From: the human T2T-CHM13v2.0 reference genome, Homo sapiens
Direction: 5' to 3' (one strand)
NCBI RefSeq assembly: GCF_009914755.1
Contig: NC_060928.1
Length of the DNA: 64,000 nucleotides
Program-made: the position numbers and the translations under genes
In this document: one piece after another, positions 24,397 to 36,884 of the stretch
Position numbering within the stretch: position 1 is the first letter of the stretch
Layout of the letters: each line of letters opens with the position of its first letter
Notes under the pieces: generated by a model
The model's input: the letters and a program-made list of their open reading frames with translations, nothing else
Database searches by the model: none
Told to the model about the DNA's origin: nothing

Positions 24397-25665
24397 TTGG
24401 GTTAATGCAAAAATAATTGCGGTTTTATATTGTGAATTTTAAATTATTATAACTAGGCTCAAACACATCTTTATTAATCAAAGTAGGAACCATTACAATC
24501 GAGACATTTTTCCCAATAAGAAATAAGTTTGTTTATTCCTGTAGCTTAAAATTCTGTGCTTTGGGATTCGATGAACTCTGGGAAAGTGTGTTTTCTGCAT
24601 CCTGCTGGTTGTGGGAGCATTTTCCCTGCAAAAAAGTGGTTGAGATGCTTGAAGAAGTGGTAATCATTTGGTGAGTGGTCAGGTAAATATGGTAGATGAG
24701 ACAAAACTTCACAGCCCAATTCATTCAAGGACATGTTGGTTATGCAACATGCGGTGGGGTGTTGTCATGGAGAAGAATTGGGCCCATTCTGTTGGCCAAT
24801 GCCAGCTGCAGGTGTTACAGTTTTTGGTGCATCTCATCAGTTTGCTGAGCATACTTCTCAGATGTAATGGTTTCACTGGGATTCAGAAAGCTGTAATGGA
24901 TCAGACCGGCAGCAGATCACCAAACAGTGACCATGAACTTTCCTTGGTGCAAGTTTGGCTTTGGGAAGTGCTTTGAAGCTTCTTCTCAGTCCAAACATCA
25001 GTTGTCATATAAAATCCACTTTTCATCACACATCACAATCTAATCAAGAAATGGTTTATTGTTGTTGTATAGACTAAGAGAAGACGACCCTTCAAAATGA
25101 CAGTTCTTTTGATTTTCACTCAGCTTATGAGGCACTCACTTACCAAGCTTTTTCACCTTTCCAATTTGCTTCAAATGCCGAATGACTATACAATGGTTGA
25201 CATTGAGTTCTTTGGCAACTTCTCGTGTTGTTGTAAAAGGATCATCCGATGATTGCTCCCAATTGGTCATTGTCGACTTCTGATGGCCAACCACTATGCT
25301 CCTCATCTTCAAGGCTCTCGTCTCCTTTGCAAAACTTCTTGAACCACCACTACAGTGTATGTTCATTAGCAGTTCCTGGGCCAAATGCATAGTTGATGTT
25401 GTGAGGTGTCTCCACTACTTTATGGGCCATTTTGAACTTGAATAAGAAAGTTGCTCTAATTTGATTTTGGTCTAACATGATTTCCATAGTCTAAAACAAA
25501 TAGAAAATAAGCAGCAAGTAACAAATCATTAGCAAGAAAACATAAAGTGAGAAATGTGCATTGAAATGATATATAACACAACGACATTTATTTAAGAATG
25601 TATTCCAATATCAAACACCAACTTTCAATAGTGCAAAATCCACAATCATGTTTGCACCAATCTAT
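24397..25665 (-). mobile_element. Full-length Hsmar1 mariner DNA transposon
   Basis: TIRs 'ttgggttaatgcaaaaataattgcggtt' and '...catgtttgcaccaatcta'. ~1.27 kb. Transposase fragments 'LNELGCEVLSHLPYLPDHSPNDYHFFKHL' and 'DPFTTTREVAKELNVNH'. Confidence 0.93.
24474..25487 (-). pseudogene. Decayed Hsmar1 transposase ORF
   Basis: ATG at 25487 ('atggaaatcatgttagaccaaa') and stop at 24474 ('...tactttgattaa'). Frameshifted; the YSPDL motif has decayed to YLPDH. Confidence 0.85.
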
Positions 25666-26170
25666 TAACATTCCGTATGTTACACCTAATGACTAACTCA
25701 CAATATATTAGACTTTCTTCTTATCTCTGTACCACAGAGCTCTATTGGTTTAGAGTTCTTAGATAAATATTTCCACCAGATGATCCAATGGTGACCCATT
25801 GAACTTGTCATTGAGATTATCACCTGGTCATTTGGGCTGCTTATGCTGCTGGATCAACTGGTCAAAAAGTGGGGATAGTACCATGCCAGCTGGGATGACA
25901 TGTTGTGATTATCATGAGCAAGTGGGCTTGTTTTGATGCAATAGGAGTAAGGGGAAGTATTTCATGTACTGTCATTTTCAGTGAATTTGGTTCATGGAAG
26001 ACTGGAATAACAACACATATACAGTAGAGTCAAGTGGTGGATCCTTTGGGAATAAAGTTTTGGGTCATTCCAACAGGTAAAGAATTCTGACAAGTAGAAG
26101 CTGTCACTAGGGACAAAAGAAATATAGAAAGGCTGATGGAAGAAACAAGTTGTACATCTATTAACTTATT

Positions 26171-26254
26171 ACCACTTACAAAAATGGAGACTGAAGAAGC
26201 TACCCATATATGACCACTTACAAAAATGGAGACTGAGGAAGCTACCCATATGTG
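26171..26254 (+). repeat. 42-bp tandem duplication
   Basis: 'accacttacaaaaatggagactga[a/g]gaagctacccatat[a/g]tg' x2. Confidence 0.9.
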
Positions 26255-27169
26255 TGTCTACAGTGCCTGTATATTCACCAAATTTGTTTTGTTTTTCTCT
26301 CCCTTTGTCCAGCTACCTTAGACAGGATATATTGGTTTTACATTTACCCCTAGCTAAACATAATGGCTATTATGATCAGATTTTTGTAGAACTGGAGAAA
26401 AAGTAGACATCATGCAGAATGTGCCATTTCAGTAATGTTTGGGTAACATTTCAATTGCATGAAGGATATTTATATTTATTATGTAGGTACCTATTGATAC
26501 TATTATTTTTCAGAAATTTAAGAATGAAAATAGTCTATTGAGTAGAAACTGTGTTAGACTGTAGTATATATACAGTATTAATATATTAATGATCCATTTT
26601 AACTGCTTTCTATAAAAATTTCTATGCAGAAGAGGCACAAAATCTAAGAAAAAAATCTAATCTTTCTTAAACCTAGAATTTCAAATATTAATGTAGGTAT
26701 GGCAAATCCTATAGACAAACCAAATTTGCCTTTGGAATTATGTGGAACAAAGGGCTTGGGCCATCCATTTTGCTAATGAAGATTACAGCAGAGGAAGTGT
26801 GGAGCTTTCTTACCAATCTGAGTTGCTCGCTTCTAGAACAGATTTTTGGTAATAGTTTCTAAAAGATCAGGTTAGAGGCACTTCCTTCAGCTTCCCTAAA
26901 CTTCTGTAAGCATTTAATGCTCTACCAAAAAGCCCTTTCTGCTACCACAAAATAAAGTGGATTCTTTTCCCTGCAACTGAACTTTGAATCATATATTAAC
27001 TGAATGTTTAATACTGACTACAGTAACCTCAACCCAGCAAAAAAGATGTATAGAATTAATGATGTTGTTAATTATAATACATTTTAAAAGAACCATGGTA
27101 TAACCTCATATTGAACTTTTAAAATTGCTGACATTGTCTTTTCTGTGACTAACAGAAAATCTACCATGA

Positions 27170-27400
27170 ATAAAATAATGATGTTCATGGGATAAGAGCT
27201 AATGTTTTTTGAGCACTGCCTCTGTGCCAAGCAGGAAACCAGACACATCAATAGTTGAGATAGAAATAATTGTCCTTTTTATATAGATAAGAAATCTAAA
27301 GGTCAAAGAGCTTAAATGGTTTTCAAAATCATATAGGGAGAAAGTTACACTTATTGCAACATAGGTCTATTTGACTTTTAAGTTTGTGATATTCTCTTGC
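27170..27400 (-). mobile_element. MIR SINE
   Basis: 'ttttgagcactgcctctgtgccaagca...atagataagaaatctaaaggtcaaagagcttaaat'. Confidence 0.6.
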
Positions 27401-28021
27401 ATCACATTTTTTCTTTTTTTCCTTTCCTTCTATGTGCCATTACTGTATTGAAATATAGAGAATGGAAATTGCAAACTCTTAAAACAATCCTGGCAGAGTT
27501 AGGCTTTTACGTTTAGTTTTTACTATACAATTTTCTTATCTATCTCCATTTTAAAGCTTCCCAATACAACAAAATGGAAAGTAATACATATATATACACA
27601 CAAATATATATAGTAAATATATATAGCAAAATTCATGTTAAATATATATACACACACACATTAAACATAAGAAAATATTTTTAAACCTCCAGTCAATGTT
27701 TACAAAGCTTATGGGGGTTTACTCTACTTCAGAAGGATTATGTAAATACTTAAAATACTGAATAGAACTACAATACTTTATGTGACAGATTATAGACATA
27801 ATTTATTTCTGTATACTTCTAGAGTTATATTTTCCTTTCTTTCTGGTTTTAGGGAAAATAAACATAGTAACTTCTGGTTGGGAAGGCCTTCACAGAGATA
27901 CCTTTATTCATTTGCTGGCTGATAAAACTTCACTTTTCATTGCTATAAGTTTCACATCTTTTCTGTTCATTCCTGGCCAGTCTCTTCTTTATTAAGCACA
28001 CCTCTGTGACAGACAAAGTGA

Positions 28022-28327
<306 letters not shown>

Positions 28328-29830
28328 GGACATGATCATTTTCACTGAATCTAGCTTTCATTTGCCTGCTTTTGAGTGTTTGCTGAGTCTTTTCATCCTT
28401 CCTGTACCTTCTATCCACTTTTTTCATGTTCTTCCAAACAGTATTCATACAACAGAAAAGCTAACGTGATTCCTTGATCTGAAATGTTGAAGAAATTCTT
28501 ATTTGTCATTTAGTTGACAATGAATTATATATAACATCTTTTGACATGTCTTCACTTCTAAATTGGCATAGTCCTTTTATTGCCAAATAATATTTCAAAT
28601 TATTTAAGAGTGGGTATTTTATTCACTCGCCCTATTAGGATATATTATAGGAATTAACTGACCAAGTCAATGCTACAAAAATCAATTATATCATGAAAAC
28701 ATTCAAAGACGTTTTTTCCGGACCTCCCTGACATCACCACTATGCAGCACTATGAAATACTTTTAATAGCTCAGGTTTAATAAATCAGTATTACTTGTAT
28801 TCAATAGGAAGTTTTTTTAACTATGCTATTTTCCATTCTGGTGACTGAGAGAAATGAAATATGTGCTCTGTTAAGAAAAAAAATAAATAAAAATAATTAA
28901 AAATAATGTGATAAAATAATTTTTCTGGTGTGTTAGTCAAGTAATTTTTTTTAAAAAATAGAAGAAAAGTGCAGAGACTGCCTCAACTCATTTCTTTGTG
29001 CCCCTGTGTCATGTTTTGGTAACTATTGCAACATTTCAGCTGCTTCATTATTATTATCATTATAATCTTATGGCCTCGGTGGAATAATCACCCTTATGGT
29101 GATCTCTGATGAGTGATCTTTGACATTAGTACTAAAATTGTTTTGGGGCACCGTGAACAATGCCCATATAAAACAACAAACTTAATCCATAAATGTCGTA
29201 TGTGTTCTGACTGCTCCACTGGCTGGCCATTTCCCCACTTCTTTCTCTCTCTCCTCAGGCCTCCCTATTCCTGACACACAATATTGAAATTGGGCCAACT
29301 GACAATCCTACAATGGTTTCTAAGTGTTCAAGTGAAGAGAAGACTCATATGTCTTTCACTTTCAATCAAAAGCCAGCAGGGATTAAGATTAGTGAGGAAG
29401 GCATGTCAAGAGCTGAGACCTGCCAAGAGCTGGGTCTTAAACAGTCAGCCAAGTTGTGAATGTAAAAGGAAGTTCGTGAAGGAAATTAAGAGTGCTATTC
29501 TAGCAAGCACATGATTAATAAGAACGTGAAACCACCTTATTGCTGATGGAGAAAGTTTGAGTGGTCTGGATAGAAAATCAACCAGCCACAGCATTCCCTT
29601 AAGCCAAAGCCTAATCTAGAAGAAAGCCCTAACTCTCTTCAATTCTATAAAGGCTGAGAGAGGAAAAGCTGGAAACCAACAGAGGGTGGCTCACAAGGTT
29701 TAAGAAGCCATCTCCATAACATAAAAGAAGTCATCTCCATGACATAAAAGTGCAAGGTGAAGCAGCAAATGTTGATGTAGAAGCTGCAGCAAGTGTTGGA
29801 TGTAGAACCTGCTGCAAGTTATCCAGAAGA

Positions 29831-29948
29831 GGCTATGAACTCTGACTCACGTCTGGAATCTCAGCACTTTGGGTGGCAGAGGCAGGAAGATCTCCTGAGC
29901 CCAGGAATTTGAGACCAGACTAGGGAATGTGGTGAAACCCCTTCTCGA

Positions 29949-29990
<42 letters not shown>

Positions 29991-30143
29991 GATTAGCTTG
30001 GTGTGGTGGCACATGCCTGTAGTGGGAGTGAGGCTCCCCTGGGTTCCCTCAGGAGGTTAAGGTGGGAGGATCACCTGAGTCCAGGAAGGTTAAGGCTGTG
30101 GTGAGCTGTGATCATGCCACTGCATTTTTACTTGGGTGACAGA
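29831..30143 (+). mobile_element. AluJ lacking its 3' end, with an expanded middle A-tract
   Basis: J diagnostics ('gagcccaggaatttgagaccagactaggga', 'ggtgggaggatcacctgag', 'aaggctgtggtgagctgtgatc'). A35 at 29950-29984. Confidence 0.85.
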
Positions 30144-30506
30144 ACCATGGAATACTATGCAGCCATAAAAAAGAATGAGATAATGTCCTTTGCAGGGACA
30201 TGGATGGAGCTGGAGGCCATTATCCTTAGCAAACTAACACAGGAACAGAAAACCAAACACCGCATGTCTCACTTATAAGTGGGAGCTAAGCGATGAGAGC
30301 ACATGGACACATAGAGGGGAACAACACACACTGGGGTCTTTCGGAGAGTGGAGGGGGTGTGGAGGGAGAGGATCAGGAAAAATAATGAATGGGTACTAGG
30401 CTTAGTACCTGGGTGATGAAATAATCTTTACAACAAATCCCTGTGACACAAGTTCACCTATGTAACAAACATACTTGTACTCCTGAATTTAAAAGTTAAA
30501 AAAAAA
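30144..30506 (+). mobile_element. L1PA13-like 3' end fused to the AluJ
   Basis: 'accatggaatactatgcagccataaaaaagaatgag...ggatcaggaaaaataatgaatgggtactaggctta...gtgatgaaataatc'. Confidence 0.85.
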
Positions 30507-32610
30507 CTTATACAAAAGATCTAGCTAAGTAGCTAAGCTAATTAAGGTGTCTACACTAAACAACAGATTTTCAATGTAGATGAAACAGCTTTCTATTGGA
30601 AGAAGATGCCATCTAGGACTTCCTTTGCTAGAGAGGAGAAGTCAATATCTGGCATCACAGTTTCAAAGGACAGACTGACTCTCTTGTTTGGGACTAATGC
30701 AGCCAGTGACCTGACGTGGAAGCCAATGCTTATTTACAATACTGAAAATCCTAAGGTCCTTAAGAATTATTTTAAATCTACTCCACCCATGCTCTGTAAC
30801 CTGGATGACATTTTATTGACTATTTTAAGCCCACAATAGAGACCCACTGTGCAGAAAAAAAGATTCCTTTCAAAATATTACTGTCCGTTGACAATGCACA
30901 TGTTCACCCAAGTGCTCTGATGGAGATGAACAAGGAGATGCCTACTAACACAGCATCCACTCTGCAGCTCAGGGATCAAGGAATATTTTGACTTTAAAGT
31001 CTTATTAGTTAAGAAATACATTTATTAAGTCTATAGCTGCCATGAATAATGATTCCTCTGATGGATGTGTGCAAAATAAATTGAAAACCTTCTGGAAAGT
31101 GTTCACCATTCTAGATACTATTAAAAATATTCATGATTCATGGGAGGGGTTCAAAATATCAACATTAACAAGAGTTTGGAAGAAGTTGATTCCAATTTTC
31201 ATGGAATTCAAGAATTCAGTGAAGGAAGTAGCTGCAGGTGTGGTGGAAACAGCAAAAGAACTAGAATTTGTTCTAGTTAGGAGCCTGAAGATGAACCTGA
31301 ATTACTGCCATCTCTTGATAAAATTTGAATGGATAAGCAGTTGCTTCATATGGCTGAAGAAAGAAAGTGGTTTCTTGAGGCATCTATTCCTGATGAAGAT
31401 ACTGTAAACAGTATTGCAATGACAACAAAGGATTTATAATATTACATAAACTTAGTTGATAAAGCAGTGGCAGAATTTGTGAGGATTGACTCTAACTTTG
31501 AAAGAAGTTCTCTGTGGGTAAAAAATGCTATCAAATACATCAATCACAGGCTATGGAGAAATCTTTCATGAAAAGAAGTTATTTTATTCCTCCCCTCCAT
31601 CCTAGAAGAAAGAGTCATTTAATGGAACAAAATTTATTGTTGTCTCATTTTAAGAAATTGCCACAGCCACCCCAACCTTCAGCAACCAGTACCCTGATCA
31701 GGCAGCAGCCATCAACATGGAGGAAAGACCCCCCATCAGCAAAAAAATTATGACTCACTGAATGCTCAGATGATCTTTAGCATTTTTTAACAATAATGTA
31801 TTATTAAACTAAAGTTTGTACTTTTTTAGACATAATGCTATTGAACACTTAATAGAATATAGTATAACTATAACTTTCATATGCACTGGGAAACCAAACA
31901 TTTTGTGTGACTCACTTTATCCAAATATTCACTTTATTCTGGTTGTCTTGAACTAAACCTATAATATGTCTGAGGTATGCTTGTAAAATATTTATCACTT
32001 ACCATAATTCATAGAGTGTAATATATGAACATTCTTAAATATAAGATTATATTTTAAAATATGCTCCAGGAAAAAGACCATGGTTTGTATATTCTTTTCA
32101 ATAATTGTAATAATGTGTGTTTTCAAATAGAACAACCACTTTGAGAGAGGTGTATCTATATTATGCCTCAGTTATAACAATATGACCCTTCCTTATGTGT
32201 TACAAATGTGCGTGTTACTGAATTAATGCAAATACTTGCAATCTATTTAGGAATTTAAAAACACATTGCTAATTTTAAAAATGACTTACTATCAGTGCAG
32301 AGGCTATCTTATTATGAAAATGTATTCTGAGAAAGCAACTGTGAAATGAAGTGAGTTGCAGGACCCAGTGACAGGAATACCAAGATAACTGCTGCTGCAC
32401 AGAACATCCCTTTTCCCCTTAGGAATGTTGACCAGATTGTAGGGTACCCAAATAGTCCAGTTAAGCAGAGAGTAATTAGGTTAAGAAAGCAATCAGATTG
32501 CTTAACACAGCATCAGTGACTTTTTCTCCTTCTCATGGCATAAAGTGTAGACAGGTGTGCATTGCAAGCACAGAGATCTACTTCATCTTGCTGCTGCCCA
32601 AGACTGCCAT

Positions 32611-33017
32611 TGATATGAAACAGTTTGGATATTTGTTCCCCCCAAATCTCATGTTGAAATGTAATCCCCAGTGTTGGAGGTAGGGCCTGGTGTTAGGTGT
32701 CTGGATCATGGGGGGTGGTTCCTTCATGAATGCCTTAGCGCCATGTCCTTGGTGATGAGTGATTTCGCCTGAGATCTGGTTTGTAACAGTGTGTGGGCCT
32801 CCGATACTCTGTGCCTTACTCCTGCTCTCATCATGTGATGCACTTGCTTCCCCCTCCCCTTCCCCATGATCTTAAGCTTCCTAAGGGCCTCATCAGAAAC
32901 ATGTGCACCATGCTTCCTGTATGTCTTGCAGACCTGTGAGTCAATTAAACCTCTTTTCTTTATAAATTACCCAGTCTCAGGTATTCCTTTATAGTAACAC
33001 CAAAATGGCCTAATACA
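32611..33017 (+). mobile_element. MSTB-like MaLR LTR
   Basis: 'gtttggatatttgttccccccaaatctcatgttgaaatgtaatcccc...aaattacccagtctcaggtattcc...ggcctaataca'. Confidence 0.85.
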
Positions 33018-33238
33018 ATTAATTTCCTTTGAATAAATCTTTGAATCTTTGACTACTTACTAACCTGGAGTGGTCTGCCTCTTTCTTTGTTCTGAGTTTG
33101 CTCTATGTTTTGGGAGGGTGATTCTCAGTTCTGTCAGGGAGTTTTCTCAGTATATCTTTATTTTGAAAACACGAAAGCCATTATATTGAAGTTAACTTGA
33201 CAGTGTGACAGTGATAAAGTGATAAAATTATAATAGTT

Positions 33239-33545
33239 TTTTTTTTTTTCTTGAGACAGAGTTTTGCTCTTGTTGCCCAGGCTGGAGTGCAATGGTGCGA
33301 TCTCGGCTCACCACAACCTCCAACTCCCAGGTTCAAGGAATTCTTCTGTCTCAGCCTCCTGAGTAGCTGGGATTACAGGCATGTGCCACCACACCCAGCT
33401 AATTTTGTATTTTTAGTAGAGATGGGGTTTCTCCATGTTGGTCAGGCTGGTCTCGAACCCCCAGCCTGACTGCCTGACTTGGTGATCTGCCTGACTCGGC
33501 CTCCCAAAGTGCTGGGATTGCAGGCGTGAGCCACTGTGCCTGGCC
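33239..33545 (-). mobile_element. AluSp-like SINE
   Basis: 'gctcttgttgcccagg', 'ggctcaccacaacc', 'tttctccatgttggtcagg'. TSD aaattataatagtt. Confidence 0.9.
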
Positions 33546-34269
33546 AAATTATAATAGTTGTATTTATTTAAATATATATCCATGTGTATTCATATATATG
33601 TATGTTCGTGTGTATATGTATATATATATATGCATATACACATACATATGTAGTGTGCACTTATATCCTAACCCATGATTACTCTTTGATATTATAGTTT
33701 TATTAAATGACACTTTCATATTGTATTTCTCATAAATATTAATATTATAAATATTAATATAAATGTTCATATTATATTTATTGTTTTCTAAGCTATATAG
33801 GTTTTCAGAATAAGAATCTTGCTTTCCTTGTTGACTATTATGTTACTAATACTTAGTTCAGGTACTAGTACAAAACAGGTAGTCAGTGTTGATTAATGTC
33901 CACATAGTAATTCATTTTTATGATTTATTATGTGGCTATAATTTAACAGGATCTGCTATAGTTCCAAAGATTTAATCAAATAATTATATTTTGGTTTTAA
34001 AATTAAAATATATGGCTAATTAAATGAGTATATGAAATTTTTATTGAGAAAATACAATAAAAATATGTTGGCATGATTATGTAGATAGTAAAAACATTAC
34101 AATTTTCTATTGTAAACATTTTTATTTAAAAAATGCAATAAAACAAAAATGATTGCATAAACAAAAAAGCAAATGATAGGTAAAAACACAAGCAATGACA
34201 GAACATGAAAGGTTCAGCTTATCTACAGAATAATTTGAGGTACTAACTGCAAGTGACAGCAATAGATGC

Positions 34270-34638
34270 TGCTATAGACCAAAACGTTTGTGTCCCCTCC
34301 AAAATTCATATGTTGAAACATGTGCACCAATGTGATGGTATTTAGAGTTGGGGCCTTGAGGAAGTGATTATGTAATGAGAGCAGAGGTCTCAAGAATGTG
34401 ATTAGTGACTGTATTAAAGAGAACCCAGACAATTCTCTTACTCTTTCTGTCATGTGAGATTATAGGGAAAGAGATGGTCATCTATGAGCCAGGAAGTGGG
34501 CCCTCATCAGACATGGAATCTGCAGCTTCCTGGATCTTGGACATCCCAGCCTTCAGAACTATGAGAAATAAATTTCCATGGTTTATAAGACACCCAGTCT
34601 GTGGTATTTTGTTAAGGCAGCCTGATCAGACTAAGACA
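34270..34638 (+). mobile_element. MLT1A-like MaLR LTR
   Basis: 'tgctatagac...tttgtgtcccctccaaaattcatatgttgaaa...cagactaagaca'. Confidence 0.85.
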
Positions 34639-36009
34639 GATACTATAACTGCAAACATATTAAAGGAGAATGGAGGGGAAAATGACATTTCGTGAGGTGG
34701 TGTGGTCATGAGATTAAGAATAAAAATACAATTTAAGAAAATGATTTAGCTAACTTTGAATCTAAGTAGAACTTTCGACCAAAGAGTAAAGTCAACATTT
34801 ATCTTTTTATTAAAATAGGTGGAGAATCTTAGCTAGGGTTTGAAAAGTAGTGAATGAAAAAAAAATTAAATTGGAGAGTTACTGATAAAATCACAGAGAA
34901 CAACCACATGCCTGAGGATAAATAGATGCTTTGAACAACCGAAGGAGAGATAGTATATGTACTCATTAGAATTTTAAGGATTGTTTTTCTGAGATAAAAC
35001 ACTGCTCCCTCATTCCTATTTCTACTGAACTTCGTGTATGAGCCTGCTATAAATGATCCAAGTTAGGAAGCAGCAACTTGTCTTATAAAAACCATTTCTC
35101 CTTTTATGAACTATTTCCCAGGGTAAAACTCTACAAGCCTAAGAAATTAATGTTTATCAATTTAACTATCTTTCGCATTAATGCAGTTCTGCTTTCTCTC
35201 ATTTGTATTGTATGTAAATTTAATAATAAATAATCTTACCATGAATCTGTGCATTAATTATTTTATTATTTCACCCAACAAATATATATTAATTATCTAC
35301 TCTGTGCCAGATGTACTGGAGTAGCCATTTGCTTCCTGAAGGATCCTCAGAATTTCTCAAGTGTACAGACTAAATGAGTTCACATCATTGTGGATTTTCA
35401 TTCATTTGGAGTAAGATTGTTTTAAAATTTGCAGATGTTTTAGAGTTATAAGCATCACCATATAATTCAGTGTTCTTAAATAAACTGAGAAGTACTTAGG
35501 CAGGTATTTATATATCTTATTTTCATAGACAAAGCTGAAGGTTCTAAGATAAATTCACCTTTTTCCCCCATTAGATTGTTCTTCCAAATGTTTTTCCTGC
35601 TTCATATTACATCATCACATATACTCAATTTTTTAGAGCAAAAACTGTCCATTATCTTCGTACTTTTTTTTCTGCATCAGAATAACGTGGAAACCATCAG
35701 TTACCTTTATTACTCCGTCTCTCATCCTTCATTTACTGGCAACAAGTAATTGCTAATAGTTACTTCTCCTCTTAGTTACTTTTCCTCTTAGCACCCACTT
35801 CTTCTGCCTCATTGTTTTGTTAGTAGGTTGTCCTCTTTTATTTGAAGGGTTCACCTCAGCCCAGTGCCTGCACAAAGAAGGTACTCTTTAACTAAATAAT
35901 AAAAAAACTTATCCAGGACAATTGTTTGATGCTCAAATTTGTTAATGCATAAAGTATTTATCTCAGTACTTGACATACATTAAATGAGCTAAAACAGTCA
36001 ATATCCTTA

Positions 36010-36884
36010 CGTGGTTTATAAAATGCAAAATATCCCCACTTCCTATCACAGAGCTCTAAAACCTTTGGAATTTCCTGAGCGATACTTTTGTTATAATAAT
36101 CCCCCTTTTTATCACATCTAAGTTAATGCTAAAGATATGACCTAGGGTAGGGCCCCTAGATAACCTCAGGATGGGGCTGGTGATTAGAGTGTTAGAATGT
36201 TCAGCCCCCCCACCCCCTTCCTCACCACTAACCTCTGGGAAGGAGAGGGCAGAAGGGTGATGGAGACTAAGCTCTATAAAAACTCTTGAACAACAAGGTT
36301 GAATGAGCTTCTGTGTTGTTGCACACAGGGAGGCACTACGAGCATTGCATGCCTAGAGAGGGCATGGAAGCTCTGCACCCCTTCCCACTTACCTTGCCCT
36401 ATGTATTGTTTCCATTTAGCTGTTCATCTGTCATCTGTATTCTTTGTAATATCCTTTACAATGAATAGATAAATGTAAAGAAATTGTTTTCCCGAGTTCT
36501 GTGAGCCACTCTAGCAAATTAATACAATCCAAGGAGGGGGTCATGGAAACCCTGATTTATAGTTGGTCAGTCAGAAGCACAAATGACAACCTGGGACTTG
36601 TGATTGGCATCTGAAGTGGGGACAGTCTTATGGCACTGAGCCCTGAACCTGCAGGATCTGATGCTATCTCCAGGTAGATAGTGTCAGAATTGAACTGAAT
36701 TAAAGGACATCCTGCTGGTGTCCAGAGAGTTGGAGAACTGCTTAGTGTCCAAAAAACCCATGTATCCATCACAGAAGTGTTTTGTGTTGTAACCAAAATG
36801 TACTAATAGATAAACACAGTGTGTTTTCCCAGATCTGAGGAGACTCTGCAATACCTGTTTTGCTTTTTTCAATCTGGAAAATGC
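36010..36884 (+). mobile_element. MER21-family LTR
   Basis: 'cacagagctctaaaacctttggaatttcctgag...tggcatctgaagtggg...ccaggtagatagtgtcagaattgaactgaa'. Confidence 0.8.

Larger units (their letters stand above)
22025..26997 (+). mobile_element. Ancient ERVL-class provirus remnant (LTR33-like LTRs plus internal sequence)
   Basis: 5' LTR at ~22025-22568 ('catccatttctg', 'gcttcctgatt'-like motifs), gag-like internal sequence from 22570, pol/dUTPase-like sequence at 25670-26160, and a related 3' LTR at ~26560-26997. Confidence 0.55.
28972..31983 (+). mobile_element. Tigger1 DNA transposon (decayed transposase, interrupted)
   Basis: ORF fragments '[13 protein letters not shown]...[13 protein letters not shown]' and 'NKLKTFWK.FTILD.IKNIHDSW'. 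Right TIR 'tctgaggtatgcttg' followed by TA. Confidence 0.92.

Noticed and set aside
30606-31753. Transposase-like ORFs suggesting a domesticated TIGD gene
   Set aside because: Fragmented by stops, frameshifts and an Alu-L1 insertion; an ordinary dead Tigger1.
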